Source: Oligoflexia bacterium (GTDB lineage Bacteria > Bdellovibrionota > UBA1018). From it: a DNA stretch of 64,000 bases. Location: NCBI GenBank assembly GCA_963758495.1, contig CAVWVI010000001.1, positions 64,001-128,000 of the forward strand, read 5' to 3'. The position numbers were made by a program, and so were the translations under genes. Below, one piece after another: positions 30,276 to 40,451 of this stretch (positions within the stretch are counted from its first letter, which is position 1; every line of letters begins with the position of its first letter). A model generated the notes under the pieces. That model saw nothing but the letters and a program-made list of their open reading frames with translations, searched no databases and was not told the origin of the DNA.

Positions 30276-30791
30276 TCACCAGGCAAGTGGCGTCAGGTCT
30301 GTGCAAAGCTTATAGCGTTGATCCCGCGTGAGGCCGAGAGTGGAAGAGAGTTCATAACAACGTAAGGGTTCGTCTGAAATGGTCGTTGCACAAAGTCTCA
30401 CTCTTTGGTCATAGGTTAAGTAAAAATTTTCTGAAGCGTCAAAGCATATATTGGGGTCGGTGCTTGTAGCGACTACACATAGCTTGATTTGTTGATCATA
30501 AGTAAGACCTCGATGGAGAGAACTCTGAAAACAACGAAAAGGCGCATCAGAAATAGCTCTAAGACAGAGGGCAACTCTTTGATCAGTGGTGAGACCCGTG
30601 ACTGCCGTAAGCTCAAAACAGCGAATAGGTGCGTCAGTTTTTAATCCAGTACATAGTAGGATTCTTTGAGTGTTATCTAAGGAAGAGAGAATTGGATTTT
30701 CAAAACAGTTAACACGAATACTCGCATTTGCATCTACAGATACGCTCATGGAAAGAAAAATTCCAATAAAAGTAATAAAGATTTTTTTCAT
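30276..30791 (-). CDS. Secreted Cys-rich repeat protein, paralog 1
   Basis: Signal peptide plus ~29-aa repeats LTxDQRxxLC…PxxCF. Confidence 0.75.
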   Translation of the reverse strand: MKKIFITFIGIFLSMSVSVDANASIRVNCFENPILSSLDNTQRILLCTGLKTDAPIRCFELTAVTGLTTDQRVALCLRAISDAPFRCFQSSLHRGLTYDQQIKLCVVATSTDPNICFDASENFYLTYDQRVRLCATTISDEPLRCYELSSTLGLTRDQRYKLCTDLTPLAW

Positions 30792-31018
30792 ATGTAAATT
30801 TTCCTTTTTAATTCAATAAATGGCTGGGAGAAGCCAAGCAATTTATATTCCAGTGTTAGAAGAGGGTGTAAATTTATTTTGCCACTTATATCCAGATACA
30901 AAAAATAGGAAAGCTCTGGATAACTCAGATCTGTTTCGTCTAATAAAATCAAATTGAATTCACCATGGAGACAATGGTTCATCAAAAAACCTGCTGCGCA
31001 GACAGAAAAAATCTTGCG

Positions 31019-31516
31019 CTACCCAGAGCAAAGCTTAGCGCGTTGGTCCAGCGTGAGGCCGAGACAGGAAGAGCGTTCAAAACAACGTAAGGGTTCATCT
31101 GAATTGGTACTTGTGCAAAGAATCACTCTTTGATCATAGGTGAGGTAAAACTTTTCTGAAGCATCAAAGCATACATTGGGGGCGGTGCTTATAGCGCCTG
31201 AACACAGTCTGATTTGTTGATCATAAGTAAGACCTCGATTGAAACTATTTTGAAAGCAACGAAAAGGCGCATCAGAAGTAGCTGAGTAACAGAGGTCTAC
31301 TTTTTGATCACGGCTGAGACCTGTGTATGTTGTAAGCTCAATGCATCGAACAGGTGCGTCATTTCTTGAATCGCTACAGACGAGGACTTTTTGAGGAACA
31401 GTCAAGAAAGAGAGAATTGGATTTTCAAAACAATCGACACGAATGCTCGCATTTGCATCTATGGATACATTTATAGATAAAAAAATTCCAATAGAGAGAA
31501 TAAAAAGTTTTGCCAT
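31019..31516 (-). CDS. Secreted Cys-rich repeat protein, paralog 2
   Basis: Same repeats; clear DNA similarity to 30276-30791. Confidence 0.75.
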   Translation of the reverse strand: MAKLFILSIGIFLSINVSIDANASIRVDCFENPILSFLTVPQKVLVCSDSRNDAPVRCIELTTYTGLSRDQKVDLCYSATSDAPFRCFQNSFNRGLTYDQQIRLCSGAISTAPNVCFDASEKFYLTYDQRVILCTSTNSDEPLRCFERSSCLGLTLDQRAKLCSG

Positions 31517-31724
31517 GTAAAGCGTTCCTCTTGTATTCAATAACAACTGCGAACCCCATTCCCAGCAATTTATATTCCAGCATTAGAAAGGATTTTAGCG
31601 AAGAACTTCCTGCAGGAACGGATCAGTCCTGTCTCAATAAATTTATGACCGAGGTAGATTGAGACCCTACCGCAATTAACGAGAGACGGCTCGAACTCAT
31701 GCACCTAACGGTCAGACTCACGTG

Positions 31725-33236
31725 TCAATGGAGCTTAGCGTTTGCGACCTGTGCCATTTTTTCCTCAAGGATGGGAATGAAACTTTTCATAAAATAAGAA
31801 AGCTCTGGATAACTCAGACCCATCTTTGGAATACCCCTATTATTAATCGAAAATGTGACTTCAGATTTTCGAATATTAATACTCTCAAAACCACCCGAGA
31901 TTTTTCCACTCACAGAAACCGTGACTCGATATCCTTTTCTAAGAAGAAATCGATTCACAAGTGGAGTCTGAGCGATCAATTGCAAATTGAGTTGCAAATT
32001 CGGGAGCACTGGGGTGTGGAGATTTCCGGATCGGGAAAGCTTGGTTCTTAAGTCGTTGATATGTTTTTTGAAGTAATATTCAAGTTGGGCTTTGAAAAGA
32101 CCTTCTATTTTTGACTCTCTATTTTCAGAGAAAGCCTTCGGATTTCTTAATTTATCTGTGCCCGTTATAGTGATGTCATTTAGATTTTGTGGAGTATCTT
32201 TGAGTAATGCTTTTGCGATCATAGCTAAATCTTCATTTGAACTCGTATTGGCTTTAGAAAAAATCTGGTTGTTCTGTTGCGATCCTTTTGTTGCAAGTTC
32301 CTCTTTGAGTCTGCTAATTTTCTCGAGAAGATGTTCTATTTGGGAGTTTTTAATATCACGCTCTTCAGCAAGCTTTTGAATCTGGGATTTTTTTCCAGTG
32401 AGATCCCATTCAAGTGCACATAATCGAGCCAGTTGGGCATCACTTTCTAATGTAGATGATTGGATTTGAAGGTCCTTTTTAGTAAGTTCCTTTTCAGCGA
32501 GATTTTTTTCGAGAGTCGCTATTTGGAGTTCTCTTACAGCGCGTTCCCGCTCGAGGGTCTGTCCAAGAGTTTCGATCTCAAAGTTCTTAGCTGCTAATTC
32601 TTGCTGAAAAAGCAGAATTTGATGATGATTCGAAGTACTTTCTTGTTTAAGTGAATCTGAAAGGTCTGGGTTATTACGCTCATCATGAGGTATTGCAGAA
32701 GCATCTGTGTGCTCTTTTACCGCTTTTAGAATTTTATCCTGATACGCTACGAGGCGAGCTTCGCAATTTTGGGTTAAAGATTCAAGCATATCTGAAATAC
32801 TAAGAAATTCTTCCTGAAACCAACCCAGACTCCTCTGAAGATTCCCTGAGTCTGCACCCAGGTTTTTTGTAGGAAGAGTGGCCAGGCAAGTCTGGATTCC
32901 TTCTAATTTCTCCTTCATCGCTGGATAAGGGATTTCGCTTAAGCAGTAGCTGATTTCATTCGATAGATTAAGATGAATTGCAGCTAAATTACCGCTTGTG
33001 GTCAGAGCTGCGCCCATTTGAAATGTTTGGCCATTTTGCCGTGCAAGAGATTGAATATTTTCAATCTCGATCTTCTTGGAGTGGGCAGACGAGGAGAGCC
33101 ATTTGAGTTGGGTACAGACCCGGCTCATGGTGGAGAATTGACTGAGCATCGGCGTAATATTGGCCGATACGGAAGAAGTCGAGGTGGTAAACAAAACAAA
33201 AGAGATTGCAAGTGTTGCTAGACTTCTAAATATCAT
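31725..33236 (-). CDS. Secreted coiled-coil hypothetical protein
   Basis: Signal peptide; long heptad region; 503-aa ORF. Confidence 0.6.
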   Translation of the reverse strand: MIFRSLATLAISFVLFTTSTSSVSANITPMLSQFSTMSRVCTQLKWLSSSAHSKKIEIENIQSLARQNGQTFQMGAALTTSGNLAAIHLNLSNEISYCLSEIPYPAMKEKLEGIQTCLATLPTKNLGADSGNLQRSLGWFQEEFLSISDMLESLTQNCEARLVAYQDKILKAVKEHTDASAIPHDERNNPDLSDSLKQESTSNHHQILLFQQELAAKNFEIETLGQTLERERAVRELQIATLEKNLAEKELTKKDLQIQSSTLESDAQLARLCALEWDLTGKKSQIQKLAEERDIKNSQIEHLLEKISRLKEELATKGSQQNNQIFSKANTSSNEDLAMIAKALLKDTPQNLNDITITGTDKLRNPKAFSENRESKIEGLFKAQLEYYFKKHINDLRTKLSRSGNLHTPVLPNLQLNLQLIAQTPLVNRFLLRKGYRVTVSVSGKISGGFESINIRKSEVTFSINNRGIPKMGLSYPELSYFMKSFIPILEEKMAQVANAKLH

Positions 33237-33325
33237 AACGCATTTGCAATAGCCTATCCCGCTGTAGCAGTCAACTTTAGTCTCACTTAGGGCAGCTCAG
33301 CCGTAATTCGGAGTGCTTATGCTAA

Positions 33326-33490
33326 CATTGTGCGCCTGCCACGAAGGATGAATTGCAAAAATCCATAAAGAATTCAAATACTCATCTAGACAAAGTGACG
33401 ATGTGAACCCACTTGTCATGAAATCATCATAAAGGTAACGTCATCATGATAACTTAACTTGACCTCGTCCTTCGTGGCAGGCGCACAATG
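33326..33490. mobile_element. 165-bp MITE with 26-bp terminal inverted repeats and 8-bp target-site duplication
   Basis: TIR cattgtgcgcctgccacgaaggaYga (1 mismatch); TATGCTAA at both 33318-33325 and 33491-33498. Confidence 0.85.
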
Positions 33491-33494
33491 TATG

Positions 33495-35027
33495 CTAATA
33501 GTAGTGATGATAAATATCCTTCGGGTAGGTTGCCGGTTTACAATCAAATGCGGGTTTTAGTTCTCGTTCTAAAACAGTGAGGTCAATTTTAGAATTTTCA
33601 GGAATGAGATTGGTTAAGAGGTATTGGTTTCCTACTTGTATTTGAGTTTTAAATAACTGAAGAGTGTCTAATGCTATGCATTTTTCTAAATTTTGACCTG
33701 AAAGAATAATCCATCGAGGTTGATTCTTTTGAATTGCTGAAGATGCAGAAGCGCAACTCACAATATCCACTGACCGATCTGCATAAAAGTTGAGTACGAG
33801 TTGATAATCCATACTCGAGCCAATAGGTTCTCCTCCTGGAATCAGTAATATTTTGTCGTCGCAATGGCCATAAGATTGTATGAAAGGAATAAATTTTTTA
33901 AGCGCAATAAAAGCTTCTGGGCCTAGCGTGGTGGGAGTACAAAGTAAAAAGGCAAGGAAGATAGGAACGGTGCAGTTAAAGGCTGAATAGATTTGATCTT
34001 CAAAACGCTTGACTAATTCAATGATGGAATAAGCGGATAAAAAAGCAAGAAATGGAAAAACAGGATTATAATAATACCCCATCCGAGCACGAACCAGAGT
34101 GATCGCGATTGCAACAATAGAGATACTTACTATGGAGATTAAAACTACCGGTATTCGCCAAAGCTTTTTTCGAATGATTTCAAAGATACTGAAACACAGG
34201 AGGGGAAGCCAAGGTAGAAATCCCGTTCTGATCAGTTCAAAAAACATCCACGGGTCAGAGGCATGAGTATTATTTCTACCTCCTACTGCGGTTCCCCAGA
34301 CTTGTCTCATCCAATAATCTTTAACTAAGAACCACCCACCTAGTATTCCTGTAGCTAACCAAATCAGAGAACCTAAAATGAGAGCGAAAAATAAAGAAAA
34401 TAAAAGAGGTCGAATCGTTTTCTTGAGGCGTCCTTGAAGGGCGGCAACTAAGAAAGCAGAAGGAAAAACCAGGAGAACTACGGGTGTTTTGATCCAGAGT
34501 CCAATACCCGTTGCCACTCCCACCCATCTCCACTTATCTTTTTGCCAAAATATAAATGATAGAAGAACAAAAAACATCATAGGAGGGTCTAGGCTAAAAG
34601 TGGCACCTGTGAGGATAATATCGCGGGTGGTAAGAAGTAGGAGAGCAGCTATAAAACCAAAGAGATCGGAGCATAATAGAGATCCAAGGTAGAATGTGAG
34701 CAAAACACATCCGGTTGAAAAGCTGGCAGTTAAAATTCGAGCAGACCAACTGGAGGGTCCTAAAGCTCTCATAATCCAACCGTTGACCCAAAACATAAAA
34801 AAAGGATGGTCATTAAAATTAGACTCACTTTTCAAATGCTGTTCATTGGTATCCCGCATGGGAAGGTGAGGGAGAAGGCCGTGATCGGTTACATTAAGAG
34901 AAACCTTGGCGTGAATATTAGAATCGATTCCTCGAAGAGTATTTTCATAAGATTTTCCTAAGAATAAAACGAAAGAAAGAGCAATCAGTCCTATGATGGC
35001 GAGAAAAAGATTGGATTTTATCTTCAT
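33495..35027 (-). CDS. ArnT/PMT-family (GT-C) membrane glycosyltransferase
   Basis: FNDHPFFMFW, SWSARIL, LDPP and GLWIKTP; multiple TM helices. Confidence 0.8.
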   Translation of the reverse strand: MKIKSNLFLAIIGLIALSFVLFLGKSYENTLRGIDSNIHAKVSLNVTDHGLLPHLPMRDTNEQHLKSESNFNDHPFFMFWVNGWIMRALGPSSWSARILTASFSTGCVLLTFYLGSLLCSDLFGFIAALLLLTTRDIILTGATFSLDPPMMFFVLLSFIFWQKDKWRWVGVATGIGLWIKTPVVLLVFPSAFLVAALQGRLKKTIRPLLFSLFFALILGSLIWLATGILGGWFLVKDYWMRQVWGTAVGGRNNTHASDPWMFFELIRTGFLPWLPLLCFSIFEIIRKKLWRIPVVLISIVSISIVAIAITLVRARMGYYYNPVFPFLAFLSAYSIIELVKRFEDQIYSAFNCTVPIFLAFLLCTPTTLGPEAFIALKKFIPFIQSYGHCDDKILLIPGGEPIGSSMDYQLVLNFYADRSVDIVSCASASSAIQKNQPRWIILSGQNLEKCIALDTLQLFKTQIQVGNQYLLTNLIPENSKIDLTVLERELKPAFDCKPATYPKDIYHHYY

Positions 35028-35030
35028 AAA

Positions 35031-35432
35031 ATGATCCTTTTAACCTATTGTACCGTCTCCATGATGGCAAGATCTTTCACTTTAATTTTGATTGCTTTTT
35101 ATCTGGGTTGCGGGGGATGTTACCTGTTGCAGGCCTGGTTGGGGTGCAATGCTGTGCTGGCATCATCACTTTCTGGGTTGATCTGTACGTTCGTGCCGCT
35201 CCCAAGGCAGTTCAATCGAAAGGAAGTCTATTCGGCGTTTTATACAGGAACCTTTGCTGGAATGAGTTCTAACGTTTTGATTTCCGGGCACTCACAGGTT
35301 TGTATTGTTTCGGTGATAGGAGCAGTCGTTTACCTTTTGGCAAAACCGTATTTAGTGGGTTTTGGTGGAAAAATGGGAGCCATCGCCTTGGGTTCATCTT
35401 TGTTCCTCATTCTGATGAGGTTATTGGGATGA
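35031..35432 (+). CDS. Membrane protein, first of a pair of homologous halves; start may be ~35061
   Basis: YTGTFAGMS and GFGGKMGAIA motifs. Confidence 0.6.
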   Translation: MILLTYCTVSMMARSFTLILIAFYLGCGGCYLLQAWLGCNAVLASSLSGLICTFVPLPRQFNRKEVYSAFYTGTFAGMSSNVLISGHSQVCIVSVIGAVVYLLAKPYLVGFGGKMGAIALGSSLFLILMRLLG

Positions 35433-35863
35433 GCTTATTTTATATGGTTTTTGCTTCACTCACAGGAACTTATTTTACTTATTCGCTTATTCATAAATGG
35501 AAAATGAATTCAGTGAGGGCCAGTGCTCTTTCGGCTTTTCTTTTTGTGATTTTTTCTTCCTTTTTTCCCATTCCTCTTTTGGTATCTCTTCAACCTGTTT
35601 TCTTGGGTGGAACATTCGTCGCCATGACTGAGACTCACCGTTTGAGCGAAAGAAAAGTGTTCTTTGCAAGTTTTCTATTTGCGATGATCTTTTTTTGGAT
35701 CCGACAACTGGAGTTGTTGCGCTTTCATGGTGGGAATATCGGGGGGGCTATTGGCGGAACTGCTTTTGTAGCTTGCTTGATTGTTTATGGGGGGCAGAAG
35801 CTCATTCCAGCTTTTGCTCATTTCTTCAGTATATTTTTAAGTTCGGATAGTGATGTCATATAA
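35429..35863 (+). CDS. Membrane protein, second homologous half
   Basis: VRASA, GGTFVAMT and GGAIGGTA; ATGA overlap with the previous gene. Confidence 0.6.
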   Translation: MSLFYMVFASLTGTYFTYSLIHKWKMNSVRASALSAFLFVIFSSFFPIPLLVSLQPVFLGGTFVAMTETHRLSERKVFFASFLFAMIFFWIRQLELLRFHGGNIGGAIGGTAFVACLIVYGGQKLIPAFAHFFSIFLSSDSDVI

Positions 35864-35962
35864 AATGAATGAAATCTAAAAATTATTTAACAAACTTTGA
35901 GAACTTGATTCCCGGAGTTATTTCTCGTTGAATCTAGCCGGTTTTTACGTTCTTTACCCACA

Positions 35963-36551
35963 TTAATTAAAAATCGAATTCATGGTTGTTTCGACCATTT
36001 GCTCCAACGTTCGAACATCTTGCTTATTCACTCTCGCCATCACGTTCATGCCCATCGACGTGCCTATAATCGCAGAGGCCAAAGCCGAAGCGTCTTTGAC
36101 GCGAGATATTTCTCCTAGCTTTCTGGCCTTTTTGAATTTGAGAGAGAAAAAGAGCATGCATCTGCTCCACTGACTTCCGTATTTTTTTTGCCAACGCAGG
36201 AGGCACATTATTAAGGGAGATGGCAGTGTTAGCCAGAAAGCATCCACCGGGGAACTTCCGGTCAGTACAACAGCGAATTTGCTCTGCAAAAAAAGCCTGA
36301 AAGCCGACTTTTACTGAACTCGCATTAAGCAGCTTTTCAACCTTTGAAAAGGCAATCTCTTTTGCGTAGAGGTCAATTGCTTCTTCAAAAAGTTTATTCT
36401 TGTCACCAAAGGTCTCGTAGAGGCTCGACTTACTGAGTCCCATCGCTTCTAAAAGTTCCGGGAGATTCGTTGAATCAAACCCGCGGGTCCAAAATACTTC
36501 AATGGCCTTACGCAGTACTAATGTGCGGTCAAATTCTCGGGTTCTTGCCAT
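35963..36551 (-). CDS. TetR/AcrR (NemR/ComR-like) regulator with a 1-nt frameshift near 36122
   Basis: MARTREFDR…FWTRGF…GLSKSSLYETFGDK and GGCFLAN; the C-terminus continues in another frame as KLGEISRVKDASALA. Confidence 0.85.
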
Positions 36552-36571
36552 TTCTGCATTATACTGAATTC

Positions 36572-36585
36572 GGACCATTTGGTCC
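36572..36585. promoter_or_regulatory. Putative TetR operator GGACCA-TT-TGGTCC
   Basis: Palindrome ~20 bp upstream of the TetR start, in the divergent TetR/SDR intergenic region. Confidence 0.65.
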
Positions 36586-36767
36586 AGAATAATCTTTACA
36601 AGGGCCACGTTTGTACTTACGATTGTTTAAAGCAAATTAATTTTCAAGGAGAATAGCGAGGCGTACCCATATTCCGCAAGTTATTCAAATGCTTTAAAAC
36701 TAATAGAAGGCAGAAAAAATAATACTTATAAAGAACTATAATTAATAACCTAAAAAGGATAATAAAA

Positions 36768-37696
36768 ATGAACGAAAGTATATTGATAACAGGAGCAAAT
36801 ATTGGGCTTGGGAAAGAAACTGCCCGACAGTTAGCCTTGAAAAAAGAAACAAAAAAGGTAATTCTTTTTTGCAGAAATCAAGCAAAAGCCGAGGAAGCAA
36901 AAAAAGACCTTGAGGAGAAAACAGGAAAAAAGATTTTTGAAATTGTTATTGGGGATGTTTCGGATGCAAATTCTGTAAGAAAAGCAGTAGAAAAAATAAA
37001 GGACCCTATTGATGCAGTAATTTTAAATGCAGGTGGAATGGTTGGCAAAACTGCTGCGCAAATCACGCCTTCCGGTATGAATAATTTAGCTGCGACGAAT
37101 ATTTTAGGTCATGTAGATCTTAGTGGATGAACTTATAAAACAAGATAAGTTAAAAAAAGCAGTGCTATTTGTAAGTGCGGAAGCTGTACCGGGAGTAAAG
37201 CCTCTCGGAATGAAACCGGTTTCAATGAAGACTTCTTCTGTAGATGAGTTTGCTGCTGTTCTTGATGGTTCATATTTTGGTAAAAAGTTCGATGTAACCC
37301 AAGCATACGGATACGTTAAATATGCAGGAACGATGTGGACGTTATCAATGGCAAGAAAATATCCTGACCTCAAATTTGTTGTTATGAGTCCCGGGAACAC
37401 AAAGGGAACTCTGGCACCGGATAATCTTGCCCCAGCCAATGAGATTTATGTTGAAGTACGTAATGATGCCTATTGTATTTCCATTGATGGGAGGAATGGT
37501 GCATAAGATAGAAGTAGGTGTAAAACGCTTCGTAGATGGCATTTCGGATGAGCGATATAAAAGTGGCGTTTTTTATGCGAGTAAAGAGGGTAAGCTATCG
37601 GGGGACGTGGTTGACCAGAGCACGTTTTTTACTGCTTTGAAAAATACTACATTTCAAGATAACGCTGATAAAGCAATTCACCGGTTTATAAAATAG
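36768..37696 (+). pseudogene. Short-chain dehydrogenase/reductase split by two frameshifts (pseudogene or assembly error)
   Basis: ITGANIGLG, ILNAGG, YGYVK and SPGNT across three overlapping frames; breaks near 37114 and 37426. Confidence 0.8.
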
Positions 37697-37728
37697 TAAT
37701 ACCGGACATACTTATTTCCGCTCTTCTT

Positions 37729-37766
37729 AATGTAACACCTCAATAAGTTGAGGTGTTACATTTTTT
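37729..37766 (+). terminator. Rho-independent terminator
   Basis: aatgtaacacctcaa-taag-ttgaggtgttacatt followed by a T run. Confidence 0.8.
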
Positions 37767-37970
37767 GCTGCTGTTTTATGGAAAGATAATAACGCAATCA
37801 TTTGAGTATTTTTAGAAGAAGAGTAGTGCCACTTTGACCCCATTGAAACAGAAGAATGTACCCCCTTTGTTGTTTATTGAAAAATTACTGAATTCGTCTT
37901 GCACTTCATAGTCATTAATGAATAAGCTCTTCGCTAAATTTGATTCATCAAAAGGGGAGAAAAATAAGAA

Positions 37971-39329
37971 ATGACATTCTGCTCAAGAGTTAGAATTCGC
38001 TTTATTGGAATAGTGTGCCTATTTTTAAATTTCATAAGCATAGACACATTTGCTTTTCCTGTGGAAGTTTCTGACGCACCCACTAATGACTTAGCATTGA
38101 CCGTAAGCGCCATCCACAGTGCTCGCAGTTCTCTCCTGGTTAATATCTATGAGCTGACTTCTCCTGAGATTGTAGCAGCGATTCAGGAGCGAGTTCTTTC
38201 TGGAGTTCATGTTGAAATGATTGAAGAGGGGCAACCTGTAGGTGGTATCTCTGCTGCTGCAAAGCAGGCTCAAGCAAAGATTGTGGAGGCGATGCATAAA
38301 GCCAGACAAAAGGATCATTTTTATGAAATGACCTCAAAAGCTAGAGCGGCTGAGTCAGATGAAGAAGAGGATGAGGTCACCGAAAGATCTGAAGTCGTCA
38401 GAGTAAGCCGAATGAGCGAAGTAAAAAGACGATTTCGCTTTAATCATGCCAAATATATCGTCGTTGATGATCTTGCTCTTTTAATTGGTTCAGAAAACTA
38501 TTCACCCACTGGGCAGCCGGTGGTCGGCAAATTAGGAAATCGGGGTTGGGAAGTCTTGATTCATGATGCTTCGATTGCTCAGGAATTTAAGAGTATCTTT
38601 TACAATGACTGTAATACTTCTCACGGTGATATCGTGGATAGGGTCATAGCAGCTCATGATTTCATGATGAGTCCATTTGCATTCAATTTCACTCCACTCA
38701 CTGACGTGGTGTCTGCTTTGCGAGAAGGGGGTAGGCACAGAGGGGACATTTCACCGGAGATGCCATTTCTAAAAAAACAGCCCAATGCCTTTGAGGTTTC
38801 GACAGTATCAAAGTTGACTTCTCCTGAAACAAGTCTGTCTGGATTAGTCTCTCTTTTAGGTCAAGCCCAATCGAGTTTAGACCTTGAACTCCTGAGTTTG
38901 GACTTAAATTGGGGACAAGTAGATAAAAAATCTCCGCTATTGGATGCAATTATAGATGCGTCGCGCCGTGGAGTTCAAGTCAGAGTGCTCTTGAATGATC
39001 AGACCGCTTTTATAAAAAGAGGAGGCATTCATGGCGAATCCAGCTTTAATAATAAAAATCTGTTGACTGTGAATTATTTAAATCAGATCGCTTCTCATGA
39101 GAAATTAGGCCTTAATGCACGTATTGCGAACGTTAAGGCTATGGGTGTTGATTATATTCATAATAAGGGTGCCCTTATAGATGAAGATAAGACACTCATT
39201 AGTTCAATTAATTGGGGTAGAAATTCTATTGAGAATAACCGAGAAGCGGGTGTAGTGTTAATCAGTCCAGAGGTCCATGATCATTATAAAGCATTATTTG
39301 ATCAAGATTGGAATGCGAGTCGAAATTAA
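37971..39329 (+). CDS. Secreted phospholipase D-family protein with two HKD motifs
   Basis: HAKYIVVD…GSEN and HNKGALID…SSIN…NRE. Confidence 0.88.
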   Translation: MTFCSRVRIRFIGIVCLFLNFISIDTFAFPVEVSDAPTNDLALTVSAIHSARSSLLVNIYELTSPEIVAAIQERVLSGVHVEMIEEGQPVGGISAAAKQAQAKIVEAMHKARQKDHFYEMTSKARAAESDEEEDEVTERSEVVRVSRMSEVKRRFRFNHAKYIVVDDLALLIGSENYSPTGQPVVGKLGNRGWEVLIHDASIAQEFKSIFYNDCNTSHGDIVDRVIAAHDFMMSPFAFNFTPLTDVVSALREGGRHRGDISPEMPFLKKQPNAFEVSTVSKLTSPETSLSGLVSLLGQAQSSLDLELLSLDLNWGQVDKKSPLLDAIIDASRRGVQVRVLLNDQTAFIKRGGIHGESSFNNKNLLTVNYLNQIASHEKLGLNARIANVKAMGVDYIHNKGALIDEDKTLISSINWGRNSIENNREAGVVLISPEVHDHYKALFDQDWNASRN

Positions 39330-39368
39330 CTCAGCCAGTCACGCTAGTTAACATAATATTTCTTATCA

Positions 39369-39428
39369 GACTTATATTTTGGCTTATATTCTGGCTTATG
39401 TTTTGGTTCATACTCTGGCTCATGCTGC
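39369..39428. repeat. Degenerate 12-bp tandem repeat x5, intergenic
   Basis: Units resemble ggcttatattct. Confidence 0.6.
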
Positions 39429-39461
39429 CCTTAACTGGATCAATATGAGCCAGCCTTACAT

Positions 39462-39495
39462 AAAAAATCCCGGCAAGAACGATTTCTTGCCGGGA
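39462..39495 (-). terminator. Rho-independent terminator of the phosphoesterase gene
   Basis: tcccggcaagaa/ttcttgccggga stem followed by T6 on the minus strand. Confidence 0.8.
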
Positions 39496-39523
39496 CCCGG
39501 AGATAAACAAATTAAGGAACTAC

Positions 39524-40390
39524 TTACATAAGCCAAATATCCCCAATGACGGTGGCGGATTTGTCATTTTTATCTAGGGTATTCAAGGAAAAATTCTCTT
39601 CGATCGTTCGAAGTACATTATAGGGATTCTCCTGCTTGTTTTGGGTTGAGCCCGGCTTAACCATAGGACCTATGAAAAGGGTGAAAATTTGGTTTTCTTC
39701 ATCAAAAAATTCTGCTTCATCAAAGGTAACTTCAATGAGGGTTTTCTTCATGCCTTCCTGATCAGCGAGTAAAGGTTCAAGAAAGCTTTCTAGCCATTGT
39801 GCAGCGGTATCAAAATTGGTGTCATGGCCATTATGGTTCATGTTAGGGGTGAAAAATGCATAATGAGGTAACGTATGTGCTTGCCAGTCTTTATTAAATT
39901 GATCGGTTGAAACGACTTTTGCGCACCGTTTAGGGTCGTGTTGAATCGATGTGAAGCTCAATAAAGGGACATGCTTTCGTGCATAGGTCCTCTCTCGGTC
40001 TCCTAAAAAACAATGACCTGGATAATCCTCCGCGTAACTTTTCCAAGTGAGTCCTTTTGCCTCTAAAAGGTCGGCGATCGTTTTTTCAGTCAGGTTTTTT
40101 TGAGAGTCTGAATGAATACCAAAAGTACTCCCTGCGACCATAGCTAAATAATTAGGATAAGAGGGATGAGTGATGGCATTGAAGTGGGTAAATAACGCAC
40201 CTCGATTGATGAGAGTTTTAAAATAGGAATTTGTCACCGCATCTTCATACCCAGTATTTTCAAGAACTATGGTAATGATATGGTCAAATACTTTTCCTTG
40301 AGGTGTAAGGTCAGTTGGATGGTTTGCCATAACAAGACCACACGGCAATGAACCCATGGCAATCCATAATCCAAGCTTAAAGAATTTCAT
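39524..40390 (-). CDS. Secreted phosphoesterase-family acid phosphatase (SapM/fungal PhoA-like)
   Basis: FDHIITIVLEN, THPSYPNYLAMVAG, YARKHVP, NGHD and VTFDE. Confidence 0.85.
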   Translation of the reverse strand: MKFFKLGLWIAMGSLPCGLVMANHPTDLTPQGKVFDHIITIVLENTGYEDAVTNSYFKTLINRGALFTHFNAITHPSYPNYLAMVAGSTFGIHSDSQKNLTEKTIADLLEAKGLTWKSYAEDYPGHCFLGDRERTYARKHVPLLSFTSIQHDPKRCAKVVSTDQFNKDWQAHTLPHYAFFTPNMNHNGHDTNFDTAAQWLESFLEPLLADQEGMKKTLIEVTFDEAEFFDEENQIFTLFIGPMVKPGSTQNKQENPYNVLRTIEENFSLNTLDKNDKSATVIGDIWLM

Positions 40391-40451
40391 AGTTTCTCCT
40401 TTGGAATCGTTTTGCTAAGTTAGAAAGTAAATATAAATAAGAGAAATAACA

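Noticed and set aside
30788..30985. 65-aa ORF between the Cys-repeat paralogs
   Set aside because: Better explained as a duplication relic carrying a fragment of the neighbouring gene's tail
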